Shown one piece after another: positions 13,965 to 27,770 of a stretch of DNA of 64,000 bases. Under the pieces are notes generated by a model that saw nothing but the letters and a program-made list of their open reading frames with translations, ran no database searches and was not told the DNA's origin. Numbering within the stretch: position 1 is the first letter of the stretch; each line of letters starts with the position of its first letter. Origin of the DNA: Eledone cirrhosa (taxonomy: Eukaryota). Where the stretch lies: contig OZ024742.1 in assembly GCA_964016885.1 (NCBI GenBank), positions 334,118,001-334,182,000 on the forward strand, in the 5' to 3' direction. A program made the translations under genes and the position numbers.

Positions 13965-14157
13965 CAGACCTGCCAACCTCTAAAAACCGAAACGGGGAGT
14001 ACCATGAAAAAAAGTGTCCCAAAACGGGGAGAAATGAAAGAAAATGGGGAGATCTTACATAACGAAAGCTACCCATTTTCACAAGAAAAGACATCTCTCA
14101 TCCACCCCAAAGTGGGTGGGAGATCTCCTCGTCGGACGGGGAGAATTCACAGGTCTG
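13965..14157. mobile_element. Possible hAT-type MITE remnant
   Basis: Terminal inverted repeat CAGACCTG...CAGGTCTG with internal GGGAG(A) subterminal motifs. No 8-bp TSD is visible. Confidence 0.4.
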
Positions 14158-15345
14158 CACAATGACGAAAAAAGTACTTTACTGAAGTTGCGAATTTTCG
14201 AGGTTGCATTCTTAAAATTTTGAAGATGACGGAATAGACATCGCAAGCCTACTCTAGGTTCATACTTTATTGTAGGCTTGCAGAATTCGGAGCATTTGGA
14301 GAATTTGGAGAAATTGTCGCATAATTAATTATGTATGTGTTTGCTTTTAGTTGTTCAGTTTCTCTGATTGGAGTATTACCTGCATTTCTATGAGTCAAAT
14401 TTGTTACCCATTCCTTGGCGATTTCTAACTTATCATCCATCATGAACTTATTAACTTCGCATTCTCTGTTACCTATATGCCTAGCTAGATAAATTAGTTT
14501 TAGCTGTATGATACATGATGATATCATTGAGGGAGATAACTGTTTCTGAATAATTTGCCATCGTTGGTACGTGTGCACCCGCTCAATTAATACCCACAGC
14601 ATATAAAGCCTAACACACTTTATAGTAAAAAAGCAAAGGCTGTATTGAATACAGATTTTAACTCTCCTAACTCCAATTTTGCTTGGTTTATCCGATATAT
14701 GGCTTAATGGGTAACGGTGTGTGGCTCTAAGCGTGAGAGAGTACATCCCTCATCACACACGTGAACAGCCATTCCCCCTTCTGAGACATCGGTCTCATAA
14801 TACACAATACTTAGACATCCATAGACATACAAATATAGACGGACGGACACACACGCACACTGTTGCATCCTACACTCATACGCCACTTACCACGACCACA
14901 CCAAACTACAAGTACACTCGACGTAATTTCACACACATTTAGATGTACTTATTCATGATTTTCCTCCTGAAAATGTTTTGCTGTTTTCTTTATTTTCTTA
15001 CTCTCCTCTATCTTTCCATTCTTTTATTCTGTCTCTCTTTGTATTTTCTAATGAAGAAGAAGAGTCCGAAACGTTAACAATATTTTCCTACTATATCAAG
15101 TGTTAAAATAATATATATTATCATTGTGTTGTTCTCTTGTGTGTTCTTCTTGTTCATTTCTCAATCATGAAATCACACTGTGTGGTAAAGTTTATCAATA
15201 CAGACTTCAGCGTTGTGTGTGAAATTATGTAGACTGAAACATCTTCTGACACTGAGCTAAGCTGACTTTGTATGAGAAGTACATTAATGCTATCTGTACT
15301 TTGGGAAAACGCAGGCATTTTCACAGGAAATCAATTATTGGGTAC

Positions 15346-15393
<48 letters not shown>

Positions 15394-15460
15394 CGGGCGC
15401 GCGTGTGTGTATATCTGTTTGTGTCCATGCGTATGTATATATATATATATATATACATAT

Positions 15461-15645
15461 ATAGGAACAAGTAAGACCCCGACGGCTGAGCTCAAGCCGT
15501 TTCGACGGCTAATTCGTCCAGAATTAGCCGTCGAAACGGCTTGAGCTCAGCCGTCGGGGTCTTACTTGTTCCTATTACCCACTCTACTACCCTAAGTATT
15601 GAGTACTTTGGTGCGTTATGGTCCACCTGGTTCCTTACCACATTT
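15461..15645. mobile_element. Fold-back repeat family: 55-bp-arm perfect palindrome (15461-15575) plus a unique tail
   Basis: ataggaacaagtaagaccccgacggctgagctcaagccgtttcgacggctaattc-gtcca-gaattagccgtcgaaacggc...cctat. Relatives at ~23490-23665, ~28430-28614, ~28780-28845 and ~29470-29600. Confidence 0.85.
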
Positions 15646-16799
15646 CCTTCGTTATATACATATATATATATATGTATATATACACGTTCTTATACATACA
15701 TACATTCATACATACATACAGACAGACATGCATACATATACATACATGCAAAGAAACAAAGACTGATCCTCATCACACATAAACAACAAAGAGACTAAGT
15801 TTTTAACGTGTCAACTTAATTCACTCATGTGATACACACTTTCTTAGACATTTAGAAATAACCTATCGAAGTGATAAAAGAAAGAAATACGAGCATTTTT
15901 TTTTTTTTGTTTTTCATTCTCTCCTTTTATTCCACAGCAATCTCTTAGATTGACGTATTTAGCTCATAAAAGCGAACGTCTGCCAATCATACCGAATAGA
16001 TATATATTATTCATCATCTCCTCACATGAATGGCATGTCCCAAATTAAGTCGTGGTCTTGTGATGAAATTCCCAAAATAATTCTAGCCACTTCTTAAAGT
16101 ATCGTATTAGCTTCCATTTTCTAACATTACTAAATTAACAACTTTCCATCGGACTGTCTCCTTTGACCGAATACTTGTATAGCTGAACTGTAACAAAACA
16201 ACAATTCCAAGAAAACAATATCTAGAACGGGCACGTGGGATGTAGCAGTCTAAGCTACCTCTTTCATGTGCTCCTACTTCTCTCAGTCATGCGCCCAATT
16301 TCCCCAAGCAAATAATTTCATCCTGACAGTCTGCGACACATCTAGCTCTAACCACTCGAAGACAATTAATAGGCTTATTTTTCTTCTGCCGAGTCCACAC
16401 TCGCACCAAATCATGTGACAGCTCATACTTGTTATATTTCCACAATGCTGATACGCGGCAAAGATTTTAGCAGGTCATTTATTGGTTGCAAAAAATTATG
16501 ATATATATAACATGACTATATAAATCTGTATAAAATATCCAGAGTGACTGTCAGGCTGTTCTTAATCGTAGGCATCGTAGAAACGTTGGAAACATTCCCA
16601 CGTAGCGTAGGTAATTTTAAGAAAAAACCCAAGTCCAAGATGCTTCAAAGACATTTTGGGTACGCTCAGGAGGAACGGCTCTAAATCGTCAGATTACTTA
16701 CTAAAAAGGAGTAACACAAAATGAGGTTAAGTTTCTCACTTTCATTGTCCTTTCGTTTCTTCTCTTCCAGAATAGGTTGAATATATTTACACGGCCTTG

Positions 16800-19373
16800 A
16801 GTTGAAGTGAAATCGGGTATATGTTTTCAATGATATCCGGGCACTAGCATTGGAGGTGGGAGCTATTAGTGGATCCAGGATTCGATACATGCACTCACTG
16901 GCTCTAAGATATTGTAGACGACTACAATATCTTTGTTTCTTGCAGTCGGTTCAGTTCGAATTGCGCAGCACTGCTCTTTCGGGAAAAGCTGGTCCTCGAG
17001 GAAAGAACGATTTTCTTGAACTTGGAAGGTAGATCGATGGTCCTGTACGTAAGTAACTGCTGGGAAAAATGCCGAGATATCTGACAGGAAGGGATGGGGG
17101 GACAAAAGCCTTACAAATCTGTGCTGAGGTGATTCCAAATGTCTGATAGGTTTTGTCTGGATTTCCCGTATGCACCAATGTCGACATGGACAAATCGCAA
17201 TGAGTTATCCATATCGAATTTATATAGTCTTCATCAAAGTAGCATATAGAATCAGCGCGAAATGTCCACAGATTCGGGTGATGGGATATACGTACCACAA
17301 TTCTGTGACCTGTACCCTCAACTTAGATAAAACTAATAGACAGGTTACAAGATACTGGAAATTGAAAGCGTTCTTCTCGACGAAGGTAGGATTCAGGGAA
17401 TGGATTAGGGAATGAGACAAACGGGAACTGGGGACGGGCATCATAAACAAGTAGTGGGTTCCTTTAAAGAAGAAAATTAGAGTAGCATCGGAGAGTTACA
17501 TCAAAGAGTTATCTACAAGAAATCGGAGAGTAGATAAGTAACAAAACAGTCGTTTAAAAAGAGGGCAGAGAAGAAGCATCACATTGACGTGGTAGAGACA
17601 AGAATGTGCCGCAAACATTTCCGCGATATGAAAAATGAAGTATGTGTTGTCCGTACGAGGGTGTGTGCACGAAAAAAGAAACGTTGGAAGCTGTTCCTTA
17701 GAAGCAAAACGCGGCAACTCTCCTAAGAACAAATGATTTCAGCCCCGTTTTCGAAGCTGGATTGCTACATTCTACTGCTTCATCTGTTCACTGGTCAAAT
17801 TAAACCGCCACTTTTCGAATCCCTTCCAAATCGAAACCACGGCCTGTCAGAGATGTCCCTCTCCCCGTTTCTATGTTTACTTGGAGCCTCTCATGCGGAG
17901 AATCAAAATTCTGAGAGAAATTATGCTTAAAGATGATTGCAGGAGAGCCATGTCTGAGTACGTAGATGATATCACTCTTACGGTGTTGGACACTTCAGAT
18001 ATAGAGAAATCGTTAAGGTGATAGGCAGGTCTATGCCAACCAACGAACATTTTGCCGCTGAAAGGGCATATCGGTTGAGTTTCTTGGAATATGGTTTGGA
18101 ATGAACCCCCCAGATAGAGAAGAACCGCAAGAAGATCATGAACAAGGTAGCAACCTAACTCAGAAATAGGCAGAGACAAAGGTCGGGTGGAATTAGCAAA
18201 CATCTTCATCGCTTCAGTAACATGTCCTGAAAAATACCTGACCAGATTGAAAATGGAAAGTTCCGCTGCTTAGAAAAACATCCATCTGCTAATAAAAAAC
18301 ATTCCAAGGAAGCCTGGTGATGTCATCGCTATTGATGCCCAGACACGCACTACGATTAACGTGCCCGTCAAATTACCACAAGTACATCAAAGACAATGAC
18401 AAAGAAAGCAAAGACCGATAAGTGTGAACACCTTTCGTGCGACATATCTTTCTGCAGCTCGTCTCACTTACCGAGGTATAGCTCCGGGTCAAGCACAGTC
18501 CAAGGATGGCTTACTGTCATTTAAAATACTATCAAGCGCTCAAGATACTTTACCAAATAATAAACGTGATAGGTGGCTAGAAACAACGCTCAGCGTCTGT
18601 GAGGTGTTAGTGTAAGGTGTAAGCGACGATGACCTGGATCCGACACTTAGCGTTGTCTAGGACAGTCGAAGTAAGCTTTCCTGAAGGATTTTCAGGTCTG
18701 AGCTTATGGACCATTTCCAACGATACTTTGCATGTCAGTGCTACATAGGATCACTAACTCTTCGAGTCACGCTCAACAGGAGCGAAGATGCCAACAGACG
18801 GAACTATCTGAGATGCACACAGAGCAAAGAAACCGTCCTAAATGCTGTCGAACATTGCCTCGGCATTCCAAACTTGTAGGCCTTTTTCAAACAACTGTTA
18901 TTTTGTGCAGAGTAGATCCGGTTTTCATATGGAACAGCATCTTCTTTTCGAAGGAAAACGTGGAGACTCTTCCTCTTCCATGTAGCTATGGTGACAGGCG
19001 TTGTATGGCGGACTCACTAAAAAAATTGAGGACAGGAATAATCATTCATGACCCAGGAATCATCAACTTCAAGTTCCACTTGTTGGGCAAGTTGAGGATA
19101 GAGAGGAGGATGATGAAAACTGGGAGACGGCACTTTCAATAAGCAATTCCCCCGTTATTGGGGAATTGATCTTTGTTGATATTCGTTATTGTTATTCTTT
19201 TCTATTGTTACGTATATTTATTAAACTTTGTATTGTAATTTCTACTGTTTTCACTTCAGTGATGCTGCCTGTCCTTTACTCAGTATGAACCCCATCATGT
19301 CTTTCTTTTTGCCTTCTATTGTCCCCTATGACTTGGAACCTTGTGGCTAATAAAATAAGTCATTATTATTATT
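16800..19373 (+). pseudogene. Decayed L1/Tx1-clade LINE ORF2 (APE endonuclease + reverse transcriptase) with 3' tail
   Basis: 17170-17415 has an APE-end-like pattern (YRIYIVF...YHNSVTCTLNL...RYWKLK). A CPLSP-like segment lies at ~17850 and YVDDITLTV at 17959. There are multiple stops and frameshifts. The element ends in aataaa + (TTA)n at ~19349-19373. Boundaries are approximate. Confidence 0.7.
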
Positions 19374-21618
19374 CCACTTCCCAACTTACTTTTTGTTTTT
19401 GTTCTTTATTATTTTAATACGTTATCAATTTTTTCTTCATTCATCTTCGAAGTTTTGAAGCATCCAATTTCCTTCTATCTTTATTTTTTATTTATTCTAT
19501 TCCAAACTCCAGTTGTCATTATCACTGAGATGCTTTACATTTAAGATTAACAAAATCGAATTGTATTCTGCAGCAGTCTTTGACATTGAAGGGGTTAAAG
19601 AAATGAACAACTAAATTACATAAATAAAAATATATAAGAAATTGGATAATAGATGCTAAACGAAATTCAGAAAAAAAGATAATAGAAAAACTAAAGGAAT
19701 AAATCAATTGAAAAAGGAGTTGAAGGAACGAAATAAAGAAATAAAGAATGTGAAAATATTAAAACGAAATACTAATTATCTACTCACAAGTGTGAATCGA
19801 TAGCATGTTAGACAATCAGTAAAATAGACGATGGTTTTACATTCATTCATCAGTAGTGAATATTGTCTCTGGTGAAAGCAACATATTCACTCTTCAACTC
19901 AGCTGTAAATTGGTACCCATTTAATATTCAGTGAGCTAAATTGTGGTAAAGCATTTTTGTTTGGTTTGCAGCAAAATGTTGTGCTCTATGTATTTGTCGA
20001 AAGTATAGTTGTAGAAATAAAAATAGTGGTTTCTGATTTAGGTACAAAAGCAACAATTTTAGGAGGGGGGAAAGTCGATTAGGTTGACACAAGTGCATTA
20101 CTGCTGCTTTATTTTATCGATCTCGTAATTAACTTCGGCGGGAATATAATTTTAATTTTTTTATAAGCCATAAAAATGCAATATTTTGGGAAAATACTGG
20201 GCCGAAATATGACACAGAGTGAGCTTTGCATTAAAGAAAGGCATGGAGACATCAACAAAGGGAAAACAGTAGGTATAACAATAAATCTAATTGCAATAAA
20301 CTGTAGAAGATAAATTCAATAAGCAATAAGCAATGTAGACAAACATACAATCACACGACTACTATACAGGCCATTCTTTGTGACATATTTTAAACCCAAA
20401 ATAAGCTGTTGAAGAGACATAAAGCCATGTTTTACCATTTCCGTTTCTCGGGTATACAAATACACATACACAACATACAAACTGGCAAAAACAAGTTTAA
20501 ATGAGAGAAATGGGTGGGCATAGACATTTCTCTAAGCAAGACGAAAATTATATATTTCATGTCTTGTATATTGGTGCACGGTAGTGTGATGAAGACGTTA
20601 TTTTCACCATCACAGCGTAAGGTATCATAAACGTGAATTTCTACGCGGTATATTAACCTGAATGAAATAGCAGTGAAAAAGGACTTGAAACACAAAATAC
20701 TCCTTTGAACAACGCTATTTAAGTTTGCATTTGATAATTTAGAATTGAAAAAAAAACGGGATGGTCATTGTTGGATTGTTGTTGATTTTTCATTGATGTT
20801 TATTTCCGATTAAGTCATGACATTTAAGCCTGTTCGGGCCCATCGCTCTCCAGGTTTAAACACCGATATTTTTCCAAAGAAGGAGAGACATAAGCAGAGA
20901 GAAATAAAATAATCGATGAGATGAGTGAACATTATGAAAGATAAATGGAGAAAAGATCGACCTCAGTGTTGGACCGGTACGCTATTTATCAAGTTCAAAA
21001 TGATGAAAGGCAAAGTTGATTTCAACAAGATTTTAATTCAATGCGCAGAGAACTGGAACAAATGCAACAAAACCTACCTGAAGTTCTAACGGCTGGCAAT
21101 TTGTGGGTTTGTTCAATCAGGAACAGCCGAGTGTTGAACAAAATTGTCAACACTTTAGCATTCGTTTGACTCTAGCTATGTGATAGTAATTAAGACAGAA
21201 TCTGCAGAAATCTGTTGAATGGTTTGAAAGTATAACTTTGGCACTTAGTGTTACGCTAGCTCTATCAGGATAATATGTAAAGGAAGCAAGTATCTGGGAA
21301 ATGTCTTGGCCGTTGATAAGTCAACTGGAAAACTCATATGTTAAAATCTATGGGATATACATCATCATCTGTTCGCTCACAAATCATTATATTTGCAATT
21401 TTGCAAATATAAGCTGCAAATTCTAGTTAGCAGGGAATTGATGCTGTCATTCTGAAATCCCAAGTTTTGTGCTTTCCAACACATTTAATATATAGTTTTA
21501 AAGTAAAGTATGTAGATACGTAATATCTTGATTTTCACTGAATATCAGGCGCGATAATCGCATGCGATTTAACCACCACTGCTACTTATATACGAACACA
21601 TACACATATATATGCCTA

Positions 21619-21652
<34 letters not shown>

Positions 21653-21830
21653 GAGATTATTTGCTCGACAGCTAATTTTAAACCGTTTAGTATGCAAATG
21701 ATTTGCTATCGAAATGATAATCTCTTTCGTAATAACAACACTTTACTTTCTTTAAGAATAGAGAAATCAGTGGAATAATAGTCTCATTAGTTTAATTGGT
21801 AAAATCCCAGCTCCTGCCCCCCCCCCCCCC

Positions 21831-21871
<41 letters not shown>

Positions 21872-22195
21872 GCTATCTATCTATTTATCTATCAATCTAT
21901 CTGTTATCTATTTATTTTTCTACTTTATCTCTCTCCGTCTCTCTGACTTAAGAGAAATATAAATAAATAAATAAATATATACACAAGCACAATAGCAACA
22001 AACACATATAAACACACTAATAAACTAAGATAGAATACAATAACCAAAACATAAACCCAAACGCGAACACACAAACCAAACACTATATACAGACACTATA
22101 CACTATACAGAGACAAAAATAAACGAATAAATAAATAAATAGCTAAATAAAAATGGCGTAGACATACACTACAGCAGGGGAAACATGATAATAGT

Positions 22196-22236
22196 ACCAC
22201 TGATGATGTTGCAGATGTGCAACGAAAGAAATTTGT
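22196..22236 (+). ncRNA. Hammerhead core in left pLTR (stem I degenerate)
   Basis: CTGATGA-t-gttgca(gatg)tgcaac-GAAA. Confidence 0.65.
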
Positions 22237-22386
22237 TAGACTATATATATGTATTTATATCTTTATTTTTGCCCGTTGATCAATCAGTGATAAACATTGA
22301 TGGCCAAATGAATTAACTATGGAGATATAAAAGATGCAGAAGCGAGCGAAAACCAACCATGCAGTGAGACCCACTTACAAATAAAG

Positions 22387-22860
22387 GTGGTAGAAAAGCC
22401 AGGAACCACCATAAAATCCCTGATCAGGAAAACCTACACTTTTAAGAAAACCCACTGTACCAATAGGAAATGTATCATATGTAAGGTGAACCCCCGGATA
22501 AACTGTAAAACTAGAAACGTAGTCTATAGCATAAGATGTACAGAGGGTACTTGCAGAAACATGACAACAACATACATAGGTGAGACAGCTCGTAGCATAG
22601 GTGAAAGGATAGACCAACACTGGGGGGAACTAAAAGGACGAAAAAACGGGTCAGTACTATACGAACATGCTAGACAACAACATGACGGTAACATAGACAA
22701 CATAGAAATTAGAATAATATCTAAACATAGGAATGACCCAGCAGATAGGCAAATCAGAGAGGCCAGTGAAATAGAAATTAGAAGACCAAAGCTAAACAGA
22801 AAGAATGAGTGGAACAACAACAACACCCAAACAAACAACACTGACCTAAGAGAAGTATAA
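22387..22860 (+). CDS. GIY-YIG endonuclease domain of a Penelope-like retroelement (C-terminal fragment)
   Basis: CTNRKCIIC..INC, VVYSIRC...C...YIGETARSIGERIDQH, LYEH, REASEIEIRRPKLN are the PLE GIY-YIG motifs. No RT domain lies upstream. Confidence 0.88.
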   Translation: MVEKPGTTIKSLIRKTYTFKKTHCTNRKCIICKVNPRINCKTRNVVYSIRCTEGTCRNMTTTYIGETARSIGERIDQHWGELKGRKNGSVLYEHARQQHDGNIDNIEIRIISKHRNDPADRQIREASEIEIRRPKLNRKNEWNNNNTQTNNTDLREV

Positions 22861-23137
22861 ATAAGTAAATAAAATAAAATAAAATAAGATAAATAAATAC
22901 ATACACAAGCACAATAACAACAAGCACATAAACACACACTAGTCACCCAGCAGACACAACACTATACACACTAGTCACACAGCACACATATCACTATACA
23001 CACACGCAAACGCATGCGCAAAGAAGACAAAATAAAATAAGATAAACAAACAAGCAAATAAATAAATAAATATATAGACAGACTGAATAAAAAATGGCGT
23101 AGACATACAATACAACAGGAGGAACAAAGAATATAAC

Positions 23138-23178
23138 ACCACTGACGATGTTGCAGATGTGCAACGAAAGATTTATGT
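23138..23178 (+). ncRNA. Hammerhead core in right pLTR (stem I degenerate)
   Basis: CTGACGA-t-gttgca(gatg)tgcaac-GAAA. The only core difference from the left copy is at the free position 7. Confidence 0.65.
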
Positions 23179-23432
23179 AAATTATGTAAAGTATATATAT
23201 GTGTTTGTGTCTATATTGTATCTGTATTATTTTTTTTGACCGTCAATCAGTCAATGGCAACATTGAGGACCGAGTAAGTTAGATCGCAGATATAAAAGAC
23301 AGCGAGAAGCGAAAACCAACCAAACAGTGAGTGTGTTCTGTTATAAATTCTGGCAATATTACGCAAATATGACCCTCCCCAAGTATAACAATATCTGTTT
23401 CGACACACGATTTCATATAAAAAACCTCGCTA

Positions 23433-23476
<44 letters not shown>

Positions 23477-23716
23477 CAAACAAAGAAATTGTGGTAAGAA
23501 AGCAGGTGGACCATAACGCAACAGAATACTCGATACTGAGGGTAGTAGAGTGAGTAACAGGAAAGTAGTAAGGACGACTACAGCTGAGCTCCGGCCGTTC
23601 CGACAGCTAGATCCGAATCACGGATCTAGCTCTCGAAAAGGGCGGAGCTCAGCCGTTGGAGTCCTGATTTTTTTCCTCCTTTGCTCTCTTTCTCTCTCTA
23701 TATATATATATATTTG

Positions 23717-24540
23717 AACCGTTTAGCTTGTTCGCTTTTTTTGGCTAAGGTGGTTAATGGCTTCTTAACCATCGTCTCAGCGTGTATGAACACTTTAACT
23801 TATGTTTATAGCTCAGGTATCTTCTTCATATCCATAGAGCGATTGTCTGCACAATACGGAAGTTTTATTTCGCTAATTTCTACCTGCCGAAATGCGATTC
23901 TCGCTAAATTTATATTTGTATTCATCTCCCAAGTCAAGCAATTAACCAGTCAATTTTGTTTTGGCGCATTAATTAATTCTATTGACTGATTAATCGCTTA
24001 AGTTTCTTTTAAAAACAACTCTGTCGAGATCTCAAATCGTTTTGTGCGGTTTTTGCAAATTTTTGAAATAAGGACACATGCTGAATTCACTGGCCAAAAT
24101 AGGGGTTTTCTCCCATTAGAACCTCACATGTGCTTTCATAACCTGTGAGATTCTGGCGCACGAAGAACAAAAACCTGATGAGAAAGCGATGCCTTGTTCG
24201 ATCATTATACCAAATGCTTATTTTTTATAAGCAGACAGTATTATTGATTTAGGTGTTACAGAAACCCAATTTCGGAGTATTCCATCTTCCGTGAGGGTCC
24301 GGGTAACTATTTCAATCATATCTTATTTTTTTTTACCCGTCTAGCTTGTTTGCTTTTATGGCTAAGGCGGTTAATGGCTTCTTAACCAACGTCTCAGCGT
24401 GTATGACCATTTTAACTTATGTTTATAGCTCTGGTATCTTCTTCATATCCATAGAGCGCTTGTCTACACAATACGGAAGGTGCATTTCGTTAATTTCTAC
24501 CTGCAGAAATGCGATTCTCGCTAAACTTATATTTGTATAT
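23717..24540. repeat. ~200-bp direct duplication (23717-23920 and 24337-24540)
   Basis: Track ORFs 23681.. and 24346.. share AK.VNGFLT.VSACM..LTYVYSSGIFFISIERLS.QYG. The DNA copies are ~620 bp apart. Confidence 0.85.
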
Positions 24541-24859
24541 ATATATATAAACGGAAAAAATGAAACGAAATTTCATTTCTCACTCTCAGTACAGCTGTTA
24601 CTTAAATATAAGTATGTATACGTACATACATATATGTATACAAACGTACAGTAGTATGTATATATATACATACTTGCACACATATATATATGTACGTATG
24701 GATTCACCGAACATTTATTATGATGCTCGGTGTGTTTGTAAACACACCGAACATTATAATAAATGTTCGGTGAATACATACTACTGTACGTCTGTATACA
24801 TATATGTATGTACGTATGCATACTTATATTTATATATATATATATATATTTCTTTTCAA

Positions 24860-25150
24860 TGGCTGACAATACCTTACCGGCGCCAAAAGTCAGCTCAAAT
24901 GTGACACAGAGGAGACTGAGGTTGGCTGGACATGCTCACCGACATCCAGAGTTGACATTGCACTCAGTGCTCCTTTGGGAGCCCCTACATGGACACACTA
25001 GAAGAGGAAGACCAAGGTTAACATATGTTGATGCCCTAAAGACAGACACTGGTCTGTTGGAGATGCAGGATATGGCAGCGATAATGAGGGACAGAGACCG
25101 CTGGAGAGAACTCGTCCATGGATCTCGGGAATTTTACCCCCCTTAGATAG
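24860..25150 (+). mobile_element. 5'-truncated RTE-clade LINE 3' end inserted at (TA)n
   Basis: QRRLRLAGHAHRHPE...[29 protein letters not shown]....[16 protein letters not shown] followed by a microsatellite tail. Confidence 0.85.
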
Positions 25151-25151
25151 A

Positions 25152-25267
<116 letters not shown>

Positions 25268-25296
25268 AAAGAATAGAGGTGTAACACACAAGTTAT

Positions 25297-25779
25297 TATA
25301 TATTGGTAAACGGAATAGAAAATGCTGACAAATTGTTCACAGTTGAAAAATGGTTTAATTAGGAATAAAAGAGTATTAGTGATTGTATGGGTTAGTATTC
25401 AGTTGTGGTTTTAAGTTTTTACCGGTTGCGCATTTCTAAATGCTTTTCAAAAATAATTTTGAGATAGAGTGTCCGTGCTGTTTGCTCCGATCTGATTAGT
25501 TTGGGGAATTCTACCTGTTTTTATGTTAAAAAAGTGGCTCCAATTTGCAAAAATTCTTGTGGTCAAAACAATTTTGATTGGTCGGTAGAGGTCATGTGAA
25601 TGCAAAAAATTGATTTTGCGCCAAGACTGTTTTTATGTTAAAAAAGTGGCTCCAGCAAAAATTCTTGTGGTCAAAACAATTTTGATTGGTCGGTAGAGGT
25701 CATGTGAATAAAAAATTGGTTTTGCGCCAAGATTGAGAAATGACTCTTTCACAACAAATATGTGTGTGTGTGGGGGGGG

Positions 25780-25815
<36 letters not shown>

Positions 25816-26233
25816 AGGTGTTCGATGTTGTGATAATGGTTAGCAGCGATGTGTGTGTGTGTGTGTGTGTGTGTGTATAGCAGAGTAATTCGTGGTGGCA
25901 GGGATGGTCAGTAAGAATGTGTCTGAAAGCAATGGGGGGTATTTTAGCATGTCAAAAGATATTTTTCAGCTTTTGTCTTATACGGAGAAGTGCGTGTGTG
26001 TGTGGTGTGTATATATAAGTCTCTTTGTATGTTGATGTACGCGTGTGTATGTGTGTGTGTACATATGTGTGTGTGTGTGTGTGTGGGTGGACCAGTATTT
26101 TTCCCCCTGGTAAAATGGTGTACATTATTCGATTTTTTCAGTAAAATCGGTTCTCTTAATAGAACATCAAAAATCTTAACAATAAAAGGTGTGAAATGAT
26201 ATTCACTATATATATACACACACACACATATAT

Positions 26234-26300
<67 letters not shown>

Positions 26301-26416
26301 ATACATATATACATGCACATATATCTTTTTGTGTTGCACCATAGAGCATGTGTGTTTACGCATGTCATTGTGTTTATATGTGGGTAGAGATGTGTGCTGA
26401 TGTAGGTATGTATGTT

Positions 26417-26493
<77 letters not shown>

Positions 26494-26961
26494 TTGTTGT
26501 GAAAGAGTCATTTCTCAATCTTGGCGCAAAACCAATTTTTTATTCACATGACCTCTACCGACCAATCAAAATTGTTTTGACCACAAGAATTTTTGCTGGA
26601 GCCACTTTTTTAACATAAAAACAGTCTTGGCGCAAAATCAATTTTTTACATTCACATGACCTCTACCGACCAATCAAAATTGTTTTGACCACAAGAATTT
26701 TTGCAAATTGGAGCCACTTTTTTAACATAAAAACAGGTAGAATTCCCAAAACTAATCAGATCAGAGCAAACAGCACGGACACTCTATCTCAAAATTATTT
26801 TTGAAAAGCATTTAGAAATGCGCAACCGGTAAAAACTTAAAAACTTAAAACCACAACTGAATACTAACCCATACAATCACTAATACTCTTTTATTCCTAA
26901 TTAAACCATTTTTCAACTGTGAACAATTTGTCAGCATTTTCTATTCCGTTTACCAATATAT
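25297..26961. repeat. ~480-bp near-perfect inverted repeat pair (25297-25770 / 26481-26961) around a ~700-bp microsatellite-rich spacer
   Basis: The arms are reverse complements, each with an internal ~110-bp tandem duplication and an HHR-like string TTGAAAA-gcattt(ag)aaatgc-GCAA-ccgg-TA. Confidence 0.9.
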
Positions 26962-27461
26962 AAATATATATATATATATATATTAGAAAGTGAGGTTTTT
27001 TTACAATATGTAAAAAAATAAGGAGGTGTCCTACACGAGTGAAAAAAGATGAAATCGAAAATGCAACTGGAATTTTTTTTTTTTTATATATATTTATTTG
27101 GTTCCTTTACCCGTTTCGCAGTTCTGCTTTTCAAAAGTAGAATTGAGATGGAGGATTTGTGGTTTTTCCCACATCCCTTTCTCTTTCTATAGATATATAT
27201 ACATATATATATATACATACATTTATGCGTTCATATATTGAAGGTTATATTGGTAAGCATGAGCACATCAGAATTATACCGCTACCGGTATTAAATATTT
27301 ACTAAGACCAATAATATGTGTGATAACTAATATATATATATTCCGGTTGCAACGTTTTTCGAAATATTTACTTCTGAGTCCACAGATTGATTTTTTTTTT
27401 AGTTTCAGAAGATCCCGTTATGGGTGAAAGCAACGATTCTTTGCTTAAACTTTAATATGTT

Positions 27462-27492
<31 letters not shown>

Positions 27493-27544
27493 GTATGTAT
27501 ATATATATATATATATACAAATATATATATATATATATATATAT

Positions 27545-27666
<122 letters not shown>

Positions 27667-27722
27667 ATAATGATAAATTTGAAGACTAAAATCCAAAGCT
27701 TAAACTTTAATCTGTTATTTTA

Positions 27723-27770
<48 letters not shown>

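Larger units (their letters stand above)
21960..23331 (+). mobile_element. 5'-truncated Penelope-like element: pLTR - GIY-YIG fragment - pLTR
   Basis: Diverged direct repeats at ~21960-22370 and ~22860-23331 (aaatggcgtagacatac...cgaaaaccaacca..cagtgag) flank the endonuclease ORF. Each repeat carries an HHR core. Confidence 0.85.

Noticed and set aside
14267-15100. 159-aa minus-strand ORF and a nearby HHR-like string at ~15049 (ctaatgaa...tccgaaacgttaa)
   Set aside because: No convincing RT or endonuclease motif was seen and the ribozyme core and stems are broken. It may be an old PLE remnant but cannot be supported.
22524-22946. 140-aa hydrophobic minus-strand ORF
   Set aside because: It is the antisense shadow of the A-rich GIY-YIG fragment.
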